Sequence record: OR608733.1 | DNA: 64,000 bases | Direction: 5' to 3' (one strand) | Shown: in pieces, positions 54,343-63,459 of the stretch | Position numbering within the stretch: the first letter of the stretch is position 1 | How the letters are laid out: every line of letters starts with the position of its first letter | Made by a program: the position numbers and the translations under genes | Notes under the pieces: generated by a model | Database searches by the model: none | What the model was told of the DNA's origin: nothing | Seen by the model: the letters and a program-made list of their open reading frames with translations, nothing else

Positions 54343-56496
54343 ATGGACGTTATACTTTTCAATAGTGATTGGGATAAATACTACAGCGCTAGTGTTGATC
54401 TTACTACTAAAAATAAATCTTTTATAAAGTTAGCTTTAACTTATAAAAAGATGGGTATTAAAAATTACAAATTTATACTAGCTATATTGGACCAAGGTTT
54501 AATTGGGGTGGATCCATATGACCCTAATCTTAGCGAAGAAATGAAGTTTCGTATTAACATGGAATGCAAATATAATCCTTGGTATTTTTTTAGGGAAGTG
54601 GCAAGAATCCCCCCTAACTCGGGTAATAATCCAATTCCATTCCAAGCTAACCGTGGTAATATTGCTTTATTCTGGTGTTATTTCAATCACGTAGATTTTG
54701 GTTTATTACAGCCTCGTCAGACAGGTAAGTCCGTATCAACTGACGTGCTCAATACAGGCATGATGTATATCTGGGGTGAGAACACTAAGATTAACCTTAT
54801 TACTAAAGATAACAAACTACGCAATGCTAACATCGAGCGTCTAAAAGTAATGCGTGATTTGTTACCAGAGTATATCCACTATACTGATCCATTAGATGCG
54901 GATAACTCCGAATTGATGACATGTATTAGATTAGGTAATAGGTATCTAACAGCTGTTGGTCGAAATGATGTTAACGCAGCTGATAAATTAGGTCGTGGTC
55001 TTACAGTACCAAATATGCACTTTGACGAACTTGCATATATTAACTTAATTGGTGTTTCACTACCTGTTGCACTTGCATCAGGTTCAGCAGCTCGTGATGA
55101 AGCTCGCCGTGAGAACCAGCCTTATGGTAACATCTATACAACTACAGCTGGTAACATCACTACCCGTGATGGTGAATTTGCATATCACTTCTTAACAGGT
55201 GGCTGCCCATGGTCAGAGGAATTCTTTGATCTACCAGATCAGAAAACTCTACATCGTGTTGTAGAAAAAGGCACTACTGGAAAGAAACCTCTAGTTTATG
55301 GTGCATTTAACCACCGTCAATTAGGACGTACCGATGAGTGGTTATATAACACACTTCGTGAATCAGGTTCATTCGGTGAAATTGCCGATAGGGACTTCTT
55401 CAATATCTGGACAGTTGGTGGTGAAGGTTCACCCTTATCATCAGATGAGAAAGATAAACTTAAAAACAATATGCGTGAGCCAAGCTGGACAGAAATCACG
55501 GATGATGGTTACACACTTCGTTGGTATATACCAAAAGAAGAAGTAGCCTCACGGATGATGAAGGGTAGGTTCGTTATGGGTACCGACCCATCTGAACTTC
55601 TTGGTGAAGATAATGACGCCACCGGCACAGTTGTAGTTGATGTAGAAACACATGAGGTTATGTGTGTTGGTAGATACAATGAATCATCAGTGCCATCAAT
55701 GGGTAATTTCTTTGCAACAATGCTATTGAGATATCCTAATATTCTTTGGATACCAGAACGTAAATCAATAGGTATATCGTTAATTGACCATGTTATCTTG
55801 ATTCTACATACTAAAGGAGTAGATCCATTCCGGCGTATCTTTAACAGAATTGTCAATGAATCATCAGAAAGAGAAAATGATTTCAGAGACATTCAAACTC
55901 CGTTATCAGCAAGACAACCATCGTTCTATGATAGGTTTAAACGTTATTTTGGCTATGCAACGTCAGGTACTGGCGAGTATTCTCGTGATAATCTATTTAA
56001 GGTGGCATTACCATCAGCAATGCATTATGGGGTAAGGACCATCTATGATAAACCACTTAGCACGGAGTTATTAGCACTTACTATCCGTAATGGTAGAATT
56101 GACCATGCTAAGGGAAACCATGATGACTTAGTGGTATCATTATTATTAGCCCATTGGTTATTAATACAAGGTAAGAATTTATCTTATTATGGTATCAATG
56201 TTCCCATCTTAGGTAAATCAAAATTACGTGATAAAGAACCAAGTCAACTTGAAAAATATCATGAAGAGAAAGAACAGCAAGGTCGCAAAGAATTTGAAGA
56301 GATAATTGAGCAGCTTCGCGGTGAAAAGAACCCGATGATTGCAGCTAAATTAGAAATGCGTTTGAAACAATTGTCTAAACGTGTTAATATTGATGATAGC
56401 AGTGGTGTAGGTATTGATGCCATGTTAAATCAAGCTCGTGCAGAGCGTACACGTAGAGTGCGTATTAACAGATATTCTAGAAATAGTTGGTATTAA
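54343..56496 (+). CDS. terL: Terminase large subunit (gp25-like)
   Basis: Walker A LQPRQTGKS, Walker B HFDELAY, coupling motif TTT, nuclease GTDPS and HDDLV. Confidence 0.93.
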   Translation: MDVILFNSDWDKYYSASVDLTTKNKSFIKLALTYKKMGIKNYKFILAILDQGLIGVDPYDPNLSEEMKFRINMECKYNPWYFFREVARIPPNSGNNPIPFQANRGNIALFWCYFNHVDFGLLQPRQTGKSVSTDVLNTGMMYIWGENTKINLITKDNKLRNANIERLKVMRDLLPEYIHYTDPLDADNSELMTCIRLGNRYLTAVGRNDVNAADKLGRGLTVPNMHFDELAYINLIGVSLPVALASGSAARDEARRENQPYGNIYTTTAGNITTRDGEFAYHFLTGGCPWSEEFFDLPDQKTLHRVVEKGTTGKKPLVYGAFNHRQLGRTDEWLYNTLRESGSFGEIADRDFFNIWTVGGEGSPLSSDEKDKLKNNMREPSWTEITDDGYTLRWYIPKEEVASRMMKGRFVMGTDPSELLGEDNDATGTVVVDVETHEVMCVGRYNESSVPSMGNFFATMLLRYPNILWIPERKSIGISLIDHVILILHTKGVDPFRRIFNRIVNESSERENDFRDIQTPLSARQPSFYDRFKRYFGYATSGTGEYSRDNLFKVALPSAMHYGVRTIYDKPLSTELLALTIRNGRIDHAKGNHDDLVVSLLLAHWLLIQGKNLSYYGINVPILGKSKLRDKEPSQLEKYHEEKEQQGRKEFEEIIEQLRGEKNPMIAAKLEMRLKQLSKRVNIDDSSGVGIDAMLNQARAERTRRVRINRYSRNSWY

Positions 56497-56517
56497 ACAA
56501 AAAAAATAATAATACGT

Positions 56518-56542
56518 TACCCTCTTCGCAATGAAGAGGGTA
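56518..56542. terminator. Bidirectional terminator
   Basis: TACCCTCTTC-GCAAT-GAAGAGGGTA at a convergent junction. Confidence 0.8.
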
Positions 56543-56549
56543 TTTGAAG

Positions 56550-56816
56550 TTAAGCAACTCTAGCGAACAAAAGATTACTGGAGTTAGAATTAATATGATA
56601 GTTAGACGATCCGTCAATCCATTTAGCATCAGAAATCTTGTTTACAAGCTGACCATTGCCAATGTAACCTAGGAAAGTTTTATTATCATATACAGCAATT
56701 TTGATTAGCTCATTTCGTCCGTAGACTAGTGGCTTACCATTGAATGCTGTTACTTCTAAACCAGCCATGTATCCATAAATTGGATCAGGTCTGGAACTTG
56801 TTTCAAAGACTTTCAT
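56550..56816 (-). CDS. Hypothetical protein (88 aa from MKVFET)
   Basis: GAGGAG SD 7 nt before ATG 56816. Confidence 0.72.
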   Translation of the reverse strand: MKVFETSSRPDPIYGYMAGLEVTAFNGKPLVYGRNELIKIAVYDNKTFLGYIGNGQLVNKISDAKWIDGSSNYHINSNSSNLLFARVA

Positions 56817-56881
56817 TCGAAGTCTCCTCTGCAAGAAAGCCCATTTTGGGCGAAAATGTCAAGCTTAAACTTGACGACATA

Positions 56882-56909
56882 TAGCCCTCCTGTTGCACCA
56901 GGAGGGCTA
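56882..56909. terminator. Intrinsic terminator
   Basis: TAGCCCTCCTG-TTGCAC-CAGGAGGGCTA, an 11-bp stem. Confidence 0.75.
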
Positions 56910-56919
56910 ATCTTTTTCA

Positions 56920-57075
56920 GAACTTACGGTATTGTTATAATACTGCTAGCGAAAATGCCCACGAGGGGTAAGTAGCTAATCCGCAGTTCTCTTGGATGAC
57001 ACCTACTGACAGTGTAGTCGCGAATGCACTGTTTGGAACCCCATTGGTTTAGCGGCCAATGGGGAATTCCTTTTA
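56920..57075 (-). ncRNA. Putative structured RNA or structured 3' UTR
   Basis: Consecutive hairpins, including CCCCATTGG/CCAATGGGG and ACAGTG/CACTGT; no ORF with an SD; strand not firmly determined. Confidence 0.4.
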
Positions 57076-57094
57076 TGTTGTCTCGACCTTCTTT

Positions 57095-57511
57095 TTAGTA
57101 GGCTTTTTTGTACTTCCATTTGTACAGTTGGTGCAGGATGAAACTCGGAACACCTAAAGCCAGTACACCTGCAATGGCCGTACCGACGATCTCTTGGGGT
57201 GTGATTGCATTGAACTCGGTGCCGAAAACAACCCGAGTAATGATAATGACAATCAAACCGATCAGAGTGGTGATCCAGAGGTGCGGGTGCAAGGAACGGC
57301 TCAGGCGAAGACCTGGAGCAGAAACACGTTCCATCCGAGTTGACCAGGTGTGGTTACGGTAGTACATCATGTCAGTGAAGTAATCACTGTAGATGTGCAA
57401 CAGTTCCCCGCGTTGGTCACCAGTACCATGAGCCAAGCCATGGTAATAGTAAATCCCACCATCCTCTTTGTGGGTGTAAAGTTCAGCATCCTTTTTATGT
57501 TGCATCGCCAT
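57095..57511 (-). CDS. Membrane protein with a DUF1653-like N-terminal domain
   Basis: YTHKEDGGIYYYHGLAHGT..ELLHIY resembles the DUF1653 pattern (by eye); two hydrophobic helices at the C-terminus. Confidence 0.7.
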   Translation of the reverse strand: MAMQHKKDAELYTHKEDGGIYYYHGLAHGTGDQRGELLHIYSDYFTDMMYYRNHTWSTRMERVSAPGLRLSRSLHPHLWITTLIGLIVIIITRVVFGTEFNAITPQEIVGTAIAGVLALGVPSFILHQLYKWKYKKAY

Positions 57512-57514
57512 TAT

Positions 57515-58078
57515 TCATCCCACCCTTTTACTTCGTACCGGAGTCAGTTGTTTGAGAGCATTGATGATACGGTGAACAGTATCACGTGCCAGTTCTCGGG
57601 TATGGAAGTTATTGGATATTTGGTAACGCAGTTCGACTTCTCCATTTTCAGAGTTCCGGTCGAAATCTTTTACGATGTATTCGCTATCCAGAATAGCTTC
57701 CACCATTTCTTTGTTAAGTTCGAACTCAGCGATAGTCGGTGAAACCAAACGACCCTGAAGATTTCTGATTACTTCGTTGCGGAATGCAATGGCGCCTTCT
57801 GCAATCTCCAGTCGCTCTTCTGCGGAGATGAACGGGTTCTTCCAGAGTTCGGTTTCCATGGTAGGTCGAACAGAGGCTTTCTCCCATGCAATGCACCAGT
57901 AGAACCAACGTTCTTGAATTTCTTCGTTGGCTTTATCGAATGCTGTTATCGCGTTTTTATTACGGTGACAATCCAGAGGACGAGTAGCCTTCGGAAGCCA
58001 GGTGTCAGTCTTCTCACAGTAAACGAAACGATCAACACCAGGGGTCACTGCTTGGAATTCCTTCAATTTTTTGTCCAT
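57515..58078 (-). CDS. Hypothetical protein
   Basis: 187-aa ORF with GAGGT SD. Confidence 0.8.
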   Translation of the reverse strand: MDKKLKEFQAVTPGVDRFVYCEKTDTWLPKATRPLDCHRNKNAITAFDKANEEIQERWFYWCIAWEKASVRPTMETELWKNPFISAEERLEIAEGAIAFRNEVIRNLQGRLVSPTIAEFELNKEMVEAILDSEYIVKDFDRNSENGEVELRYQISNNFHTRELARDTVHRIINALKQLTPVRSKRVG

Positions 58079-58085
58079 GATGACC

Positions 58086-58421
58086 TCAGATATTTACCAT
58101 GTTCATAAATTCGGTGTAGTTGTAGCCGGTATTCATATCGAGGTAGTCTTGTTCGACCATGTCGTCATTCAGGTACTTGACGTAAGCCTCGGCGTGAGCA
58201 GTGGCTACCGACTTGGTGAAGAAGTAACGAGCGTGTTGACGGTTCTGTTCGAACCGACGCAGATTAGTAGTGGCCTGACCGCCGAAACCATTGACCTCCA
58301 TTACCCCGTAAACAGTACGATCATCCAGAGTAGTGATCTGTGCAATCACTACACGAGAAGCATTTTCCGAATGGTCGATGAACGTCATACTGTAAATCTC
58401 GATTTCTTTGAAGTCTTCCAT
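58086..58421 (-). CDS. Hypothetical protein
   Basis: 111-aa ORF with AGGA SD. Confidence 0.78.
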   Translation of the reverse strand: MEDFKEIEIYSMTFIDHSENASRVVIAQITTLDDRTVYGVMEVNGFGGQATTNLRRFEQNRQHARYFFTKSVATAHAEAYVKYLNDDMVEQDYLDMNTGYNYTEFMNMVNI

Positions 58422-58482
58422 TAGAATTTCCTGTTAAGAAATGAATAGACAACCCCTACCCGAAGGGAGGGGCCTTATATCG

Positions 58483-58599
58483 TTACTTGCTGTGAAGATT
58501 TTTCTCGCGTACAGCGTCTGTTAACTGACGTGGCGGGTTGAGTTGATCTGACAGGAGCTTCCGGAGGTTATCCAGACCGATTACTTTCTTCTTGGATAT
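58483..58599 (-). CDS. Putative 38-aa protein with ATA start
   Basis: AAAGGA 9 nt before ATA; (M)SKKKVIGLDNLRKLLSDQLNPPRQLTDAVREKNLHSK; the stop is followed by CGATATAA and a terminator, as at 60749. Confidence 0.45.
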   Translation of the reverse strand: MSKKKVIGLDNLRKLLSDQLNPPRQLTDAVREKNLHSK

Positions 58600-58621
58600 T
58601 GAGATTATTCCTTTTGATATA

Positions 58622-58894
58622 TTAAATAGTTTTGATTATTTCGGTGTGAATAAGAGAGTTGAAACGAACATCGAACGTGCCGTACATATCCGATGTTAGT
58701 TCCTCGAAGACTGGACTATCCATGAATAGTTCCAGTGCGCGACGAGCCGCAAGACGCTTATCGCCTTCACCATTAGCACCGGGATAAACCGAATTACCCT
58801 CACCTGGCTTAGCAAAGCCATCAAAGACATGTGACTCGCCTTCACGGTCAGTCACAGTTGCTTTAACGGAATAGCCTGCGTAACGGAGTCCCAT
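58622..58894 (-). CDS. Hypothetical protein
   Basis: 90-aa ORF; stop-start overlap with the upstream gene. Confidence 0.75.
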   Translation of the reverse strand: MGLRYAGYSVKATVTDREGESHVFDGFAKPGEGNSVYPGANGEGDKRLAARRALELFMDSPVFEELTSDMYGTFDVRFNSLIHTEIIKTI

Positions 58895-59127
58895 TATTCA
58901 TCCCATCCTTTTACTTCGTACCAGAGACAGGCACTATTGTATTCAACAATGTAACCGTCTTTACGGAGGATTTTCGCTTGACGATTATTCATCTTCCCTT
59001 CAACTGGCGTATTCTCATTGTTGTAATCGAAGTTTACCACTGAATCACCAGCGAGCGCCCGTTGCTTAATTTTAGCATGGATTGATTCCATTTTATAAAG
59101 AAGTTCACGCAGCTCTTGTAATGTCAT
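58894..59127 (-). CDS. Hypothetical protein
   Basis: 77-aa ORF, ATGA overlap. Confidence 0.72.
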   Translation of the reverse strand: MTLQELRELLYKMESIHAKIKQRALAGDSVVNFDYNNENTPVEGKMNNRQAKILRKDGYIVEYNSACLWYEVKGWDE

Positions 59128-59345
59128 GTAACTACACCTACAATAAAGACTCGACTGATTTCATTAAGGTATGCAAGCATTAGGAGAATACCTGCCCAAA
59201 TAACAATTTTTCGAGTAGTCTGTTTTTCTATTACACCTGGGTGTGATTCATGAATACTACGGTAACAAAATACATAAAACAGACACAGACTCATTGTGAT
59301 GAAAATAATGGTAAACCAACCTAAATAGATCATTTTCTTCACCAA
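59124..59345 (-). CDS. Small two-helix membrane protein
   Basis: Two hydrophobic stretches separated by a polar loop. Confidence 0.68.
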   Translation of the reverse strand: MVKKMIYLGWFTIIFITMSLCLFYVFCYRSIHESHPGVIEKQTTRKIVIWAGILLMLAYLNEISRVFIVGVVT

Positions 59346-59416
59346 TTGGATTTATGTATTTAGGAGGGAGTTAACACAACGTGTCGAAATTGTGTTAACT
59401 CTTTAACCTATGTTAG

Positions 59417-59686
59417 TTAGCTCTGATTACCCACTGCCATGATTTCGACATGGTAGGGCTTATCAGAATTATGCCCAATGCAAGTCTCGCATTTGAAGAT
59501 ACGCCAGAACCCATAAGAAGGGAGTTCACGGTTTTTCACATACATGTAATCATGTGCAGCCGCGAGGTACTTTTGTTGGATAGAGAATTCACAAGTGATA
59601 TAACCTTTCTCACGAATGAACTCTTGAGTCATCTGATCAAAAGTCTTTTTGAGTTCATCAGTAAGATCGACTTGGATTGCGAACAT
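59417..59686 (-). CDS. Hypothetical protein
   Basis: 89-aa ORF with AAGGA SD. Confidence 0.72.
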   Translation of the reverse strand: MFAIQVDLTDELKKTFDQMTQEFIREKGYITCEFSIQQKYLAAAHDYMYVKNRELPSYGFWRIFKCETCIGHNSDKPYHVEIMAVGNQS

Positions 59687-59723
59687 TAAAACATTCCTTT
59701 TAGTATATTGAATAATAATAAAT

Positions 59724-60095
59724 CTATTGTTTTGTCAATAGAAAGATCTCTTTTAAAGCTGCATCAATCTGATGATACGGCCATGAATCAACACGAGGTT
59801 CGTTATCAAGGTATGTCCAAAGTTGGATACCTTGAAGTTTATTGTAGAATACCTTGATTTTGATTCCTTCGTGGCCAACAAGACCTTCAATGTAAGCTAC
59901 ACCATGTACGTATGTAGCCCTAAGTGCGTACTCACTATCTTCACTGTCGCGCTGCATATATCTGGAATAGATGAAACTCTCATGATCAAATGGATCAGCT
60001 TGAACAATGTGGTCAAAAAATTTCTTTAGTTCAGATTTTTCAATATTGGTCATTACATTATCCTCATGATTATTGAAATGATTTATTAAGTCCAC
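59724..60095 (-). CDS. Hypothetical protein
   Basis: 123-aa ORF, GGAGG before GTG 60095. Confidence 0.72.
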   Translation of the reverse strand: MDLINHFNNHEDNVMTNIEKSELKKFFDHIVQADPFDHESFIYSRYMQRDSEDSEYALRATYVHGVAYIEGLVGHEGIKIKVFYNKLQGIQLWTYLDNEPRVDSWPYHQIDAALKEIFLLTKQ

Positions 60096-60127
60096 CTCCT
60101 AGAAGATAGACTTAATACTATTCGATG

Positions 60128-60520
60128 TTATTTTAAGACGCCTGCCTTGTAACCTTTAACAACATTTCTAGCTTCTAACACACTGATCTCGCCAATGTGT
60201 TTACGCAGTGCTGTAATAGCATTGATGGTGGGTTCATTATCTGCGATATGGCGCCAGTTTCCCTTACCCCTAATAAGTTCAACATCCTGGACATATAGAC
60301 CATCTTTAACTAGATCCATTGTTTCCACCAACTTTTCGACTTCTTTAGTTAGATGCGTATGAAGACTGGCGAGGGACATGTCAGTCATTTGATGCACGTC
60401 ATAGAGAAAATCTCTATTATCAGAAGACGATAAAATCTCTTTGGCGAGTTTATTTACAGTGTCGATGTTTGCTGCAATTGAAATTAGCAGCCCGGCATAT
60501 TTCTCTGCGTTATAATTCAT
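60128..60520 (-). CDS. Protein with a C-terminal ribosomal bL12 (L7/L12)-like motif
   Basis: TINAITALRKHIGEISVLEARNVVKGY parallels KIxxIKxxRxxxGxGLKEAKxxVE; coiled-coil N-terminus. Confidence 0.6.
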   Translation of the reverse strand: MNYNAEKYAGLLISIAANIDTVNKLAKEILSSSDNRDFLYDVHQMTDMSLASLHTHLTKEVEKLVETMDLVKDGLYVQDVELIRGKGNWRHIADNEPTINAITALRKHIGEISVLEARNVVKGYKAGVLK

Positions 60521-60548
60521 TAATACATACCCCTATTTAAAATTGGAT

Positions 60549-60692
60549 TTAGTTTAGTGCAGTGATACTACGAATATCCAATTCATGTAAATCAAATTTC
60601 ATTAGGAACTCATTCACCGCTTGCTGAATAGTGTACCCACTCGGAGATTCCCACTGGGTACCATTAAAAGCAATAATACGATAACCTACCAT
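60549..60692 (-). CDS. 47-aa protein (below track cutoff)
   Basis: GAGGA SD, ATG 60692, MVGYRIIAFNGTQWESPSGYTIQQAVNEFLMKFDLHELDIRSITALN; fills the gap between a terminator and the next gene. Confidence 0.68.
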   Translation of the reverse strand: MVGYRIIAFNGTQWESPSGYTIQQAVNEFLMKFDLHELDIRSITALN

Positions 60693-60715
60693 TTTTTATT
60701 CCTCTAATCACAAAA

Positions 60716-60742
60716 TAAAAGCCCTCCCGAAGGAGGGTATTT
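60716..60742 (-). terminator. Intrinsic terminator
   Basis: GCCCTCC-CGAA-GGAGGGT (UUCG loop on the minus strand) plus a U-tract. Confidence 0.8.
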
Positions 60743-60748
60743 ATATCG

Positions 60749-61228
60749 TTACCAACTGATTACCGTGACAAGCTCGAATACCTGACACAATTCTTTATCA
60801 CGGGGGGCATGGTGAAAAGGCTTACCTTCAATACCGCAGTACGGATAAAACAATTTTCGGTGTTCCGTGTCGCCAAACCAGAAGGTGGTGTTATTGGAAT
60901 CAACCACACCATGGATAGCCACATCACGGATGTACTGAAATACATGAACTGCCTTATCAGTGATCACTCGCAGTTCTACACCGTGTTCCTTCATCATAGC
61001 CAGGATGTCGTCCTTGGTGTAATCCACTTGTTCAGCACTGATCATGATCTCGTGAGTCAGAGAACGCTTTTCCTTGTCACCGAAACAGATACAGACCAAT
61101 TGCACCAACTGACCTTCTACCTTGAGACCATTGGTCGGTTTTAGTAGAATGAACTCATCATATTTGTAATCATTGGTGACAATCAGTGCCGACTTATTGC
61201 GAGTGACAATGCCTAGGTTATACGACAT
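60749..61228 (-). CDS. Hypothetical protein
   Basis: 159-aa ORF with GAGGA SD. Confidence 0.78.
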   Translation of the reverse strand: MSYNLGIVTRNKSALIVTNDYKYDEFILLKPTNGLKVEGQLVQLVCICFGDKEKRSLTHEIMISAEQVDYTKDDILAMMKEHGVELRVITDKAVHVFQYIRDVAIHGVVDSNNTTFWFGDTEHRKLFYPYCGIEGKPFHHAPRDKELCQVFELVTVISW

Positions 61229-61240
61229 AATTAATCTTCC

Positions 61241-62242
61241 TCATTTTAGAGTATGTTGAACCTTGTGGATGTCTTCCAGGCTAGTACCCAGACCAGAAGC
61301 CATGTAGATATGTTCCTGGCCTACACGCTTGTGGAAACCAAGCAGAGCATCTACCGGATTTTCAATAGGGAAGTATTCAGTGTTGTTGCAGTCCCAAGCG
61401 AACTCCCATTCTCCATCACGAATTTCTATTTTGTTAGCACTGAGGTAAGTGATATTGATGGTATTTACAGTGGCATTACTACCAATGAGGTAGTACGATC
61501 CTTCATTGCTACGAACATCGATCCTGCCGCCGTCGATAGTATCCTGATAGTAGAAACCACGGTCGAAGAATAACTTCAGCATCGAAGTGAAGTAGCTGTT
61601 CAATACAGCTTGAGCATCTTTCTCTTCGACCATCCATTTTCCATCAACGATGTTATTCAGGTAATTACGATCATGATTGATCCCGACATTATCCACGATG
61701 TCAGCGTAGTTCTTATGGAACTTAGCAATCTCGTACAAACGTTCCAGAGTAGCAAAACGGAAAGGACTGGTGGGATGCAGAGCCAGAATGATCCGACCTA
61801 CGCTCCACAAACCGGTCCCGTTGACCTCGTAACTTTCTTCGAGGTAACCTTTGATACCACAGTTAACTTCAAGTTCATCTGCTGGGAAACCGGTGCGGAG
61901 CCGCCTACGGATAGCCAATAGTACCGATTCGGATTCTTCCGGATCGAACAGGTCTATGCCGAAAGTAATCCAGCTACCACGTACTTTGTGCTGGTATGCC
62001 AGGCGTACAGTATCACCAAATGGAGAAATGAACCAGCGTTCGTCTTCCGATACGACCAAATGGCAACCACATTGCCACAGGGTACTTAGAGGATCGTTAG
62101 AGGCGAGAATGCGCTTGGTGTCGTTCATATCCGACGAAGTAGCATCTGGACTGCCATGTAGGTGTGTCAGAATAAACAGAAGCGATGATTCTGTAGTTTG
62201 AGCACTCAACATTGCGCGAGTGATGGTTGCATTGATGATCAT
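61241..62242 (-). CDS. Hypothetical early protein (gp15-like)
   Basis: 333-aa ORF with AAGGA SD. Confidence 0.8.
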   Translation of the reverse strand: MIINATITRAMLSAQTTESSLLFILTHLHGSPDATSSDMNDTKRILASNDPLSTLWQCGCHLVVSEDERWFISPFGDTVRLAYQHKVRGSWITFGIDLFDPEESESVLLAIRRRLRTGFPADELEVNCGIKGYLEESYEVNGTGLWSVGRIILALHPTSPFRFATLERLYEIAKFHKNYADIVDNVGINHDRNYLNNIVDGKWMVEEKDAQAVLNSYFTSMLKLFFDRGFYYQDTIDGGRIDVRSNEGSYYLIGSNATVNTINITYLSANKIEIRDGEWEFAWDCNNTEYFPIENPVDALLGFHKRVGQEHIYMASGLGTSLEDIHKVQHTLK

Positions 62243-62304
62243 GAGATATCTTCCTTTTTACAGTTTATGAATATATTGCTAAATAAAAAAATATTACGAT
62301 GTAG

Positions 62305-62331
62305 AAAATAAAAGGGAGTCCGAAGACTCCC
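62305..62331 (-). terminator. Intrinsic terminator
   Basis: GGGAGTC-CGAA-GACTCCC plus a U-tract on the minus strand. Confidence 0.82.
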
Positions 62332-62346
62332 ATTATTGCGTGTAAT

Positions 62347-63459
62347 CTATTTGATGATAACCGCTTTAGAAAGAGTTTCCATACTTCCAATAACTAATTT
62401 GGATTTCTCTTCTTCAGGGTTCTCCATTGCTTCACGCAGGAGTTCACCAATAGTTTTGGGTTGAACATCATCACTGATTTCACGCGAGCATGCCGAGTCG
62501 TCGTACATATCAAACACATTCAGATCATCATCATCCAGGGGCGTGCTGTCATTCCATGAATAGCTTGATTCATCCGAGGTATCATCAGACTCACCATACT
62601 GTTCACTGAGGTCACGGTCCAGTTCAGCCTCATACATCTCGCTAATTGCTTTATCGTCTTCTTCTTGCGCCTTACGACGAGAAGTCTTGTAGAACGGAAG
62701 CAGGCGTTGCAGGACTTTATGGAACTTCTTCTTGCTGATCAACCAGCTAACAGAGTAGCGAGACAGCTTTACTTCAGCTGCTTTGATAGTCGGATCGGAG
62801 TACAGCGCCATGACTAGCTTGTCCAGTTTGTGCAGATGATCTTTAAACGAGTTTGCATAAGCAGGATGTTCCCGAAGAGTGAACATCACAAACGAACGCA
62901 TGTCAGTGATATAGTACTGACTGTGATGTTTGTTGATTTCGATGTATACCGGATCTACTGCGCGGTTATAATCGAATTCCTCTGCCCAGGTAAGGCTACG
63001 TACTTTAGTAGGACGAGGACCTTCTGCCCAACGAACAGTCGGATGTTTCTCACGGATGTTCCAACCATGATTGCGATCATACTCGGTTGACTCTTCTTTG
63101 AACCAGGTGAAATTACCTTCACCGCGCGATACAATACCACGGCACCAACTGACGTTGATTGCCTTGTTACGGCTTTCAGTAAGATCACAGGGCATGTCCA
63201 GAATAGCGACATAACTGTTATGACCATTGGCCACAACGCCGAGAACAGTAGCTTCGAATGTCTCGTAGCGCTGTCCAGGATACACACGTTCATTCTCATC
63301 CAGGTAACGAAGGGAGCAGGATTCGAAGATAGCACGAGTACCGGCAGGGAAATGGGCACGACCGAAAGGTTGTTCGGCCTTTCTTTCTTTACGACGGCTG
63401 ATAACCCATTCCAGTTTTTCTTTGGTCAGACGGGTTACGGGTTCACGATATTGTTTCAT
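62347..63459 (-). CDS. Early protein, probable homolog of the ribosome-binding factor phiKZ gp14
   Basis: 370 aa with a basic N-terminus, SH3/KOW-like segment (FEATVLGVVANGHNSYVAILD) and acidic C-tail; identity from size and position as recalled. Confidence 0.58.
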   Translation of the reverse strand: MKQYREPVTRLTKEKLEWVISRRKERKAEQPFGRAHFPAGTRAIFESCSLRYLDENERVYPGQRYETFEATVLGVVANGHNSYVAILDMPCDLTESRNKAINVSWCRGIVSRGEGNFTWFKEESTEYDRNHGWNIREKHPTVRWAEGPRPTKVRSLTWAEEFDYNRAVDPVYIEINKHHSQYYITDMRSFVMFTLREHPAYANSFKDHLHKLDKLVMALYSDPTIKAAEVKLSRYSVSWLISKKKFHKVLQRLLPFYKTSRRKAQEEDDKAISEMYEAELDRDLSEQYGESDDTSDESSYSWNDSTPLDDDDLNVFDMYDDSACSREISDDVQPKTIGELLREAMENPEEEKSKLVIGSMETLSKAVIIK

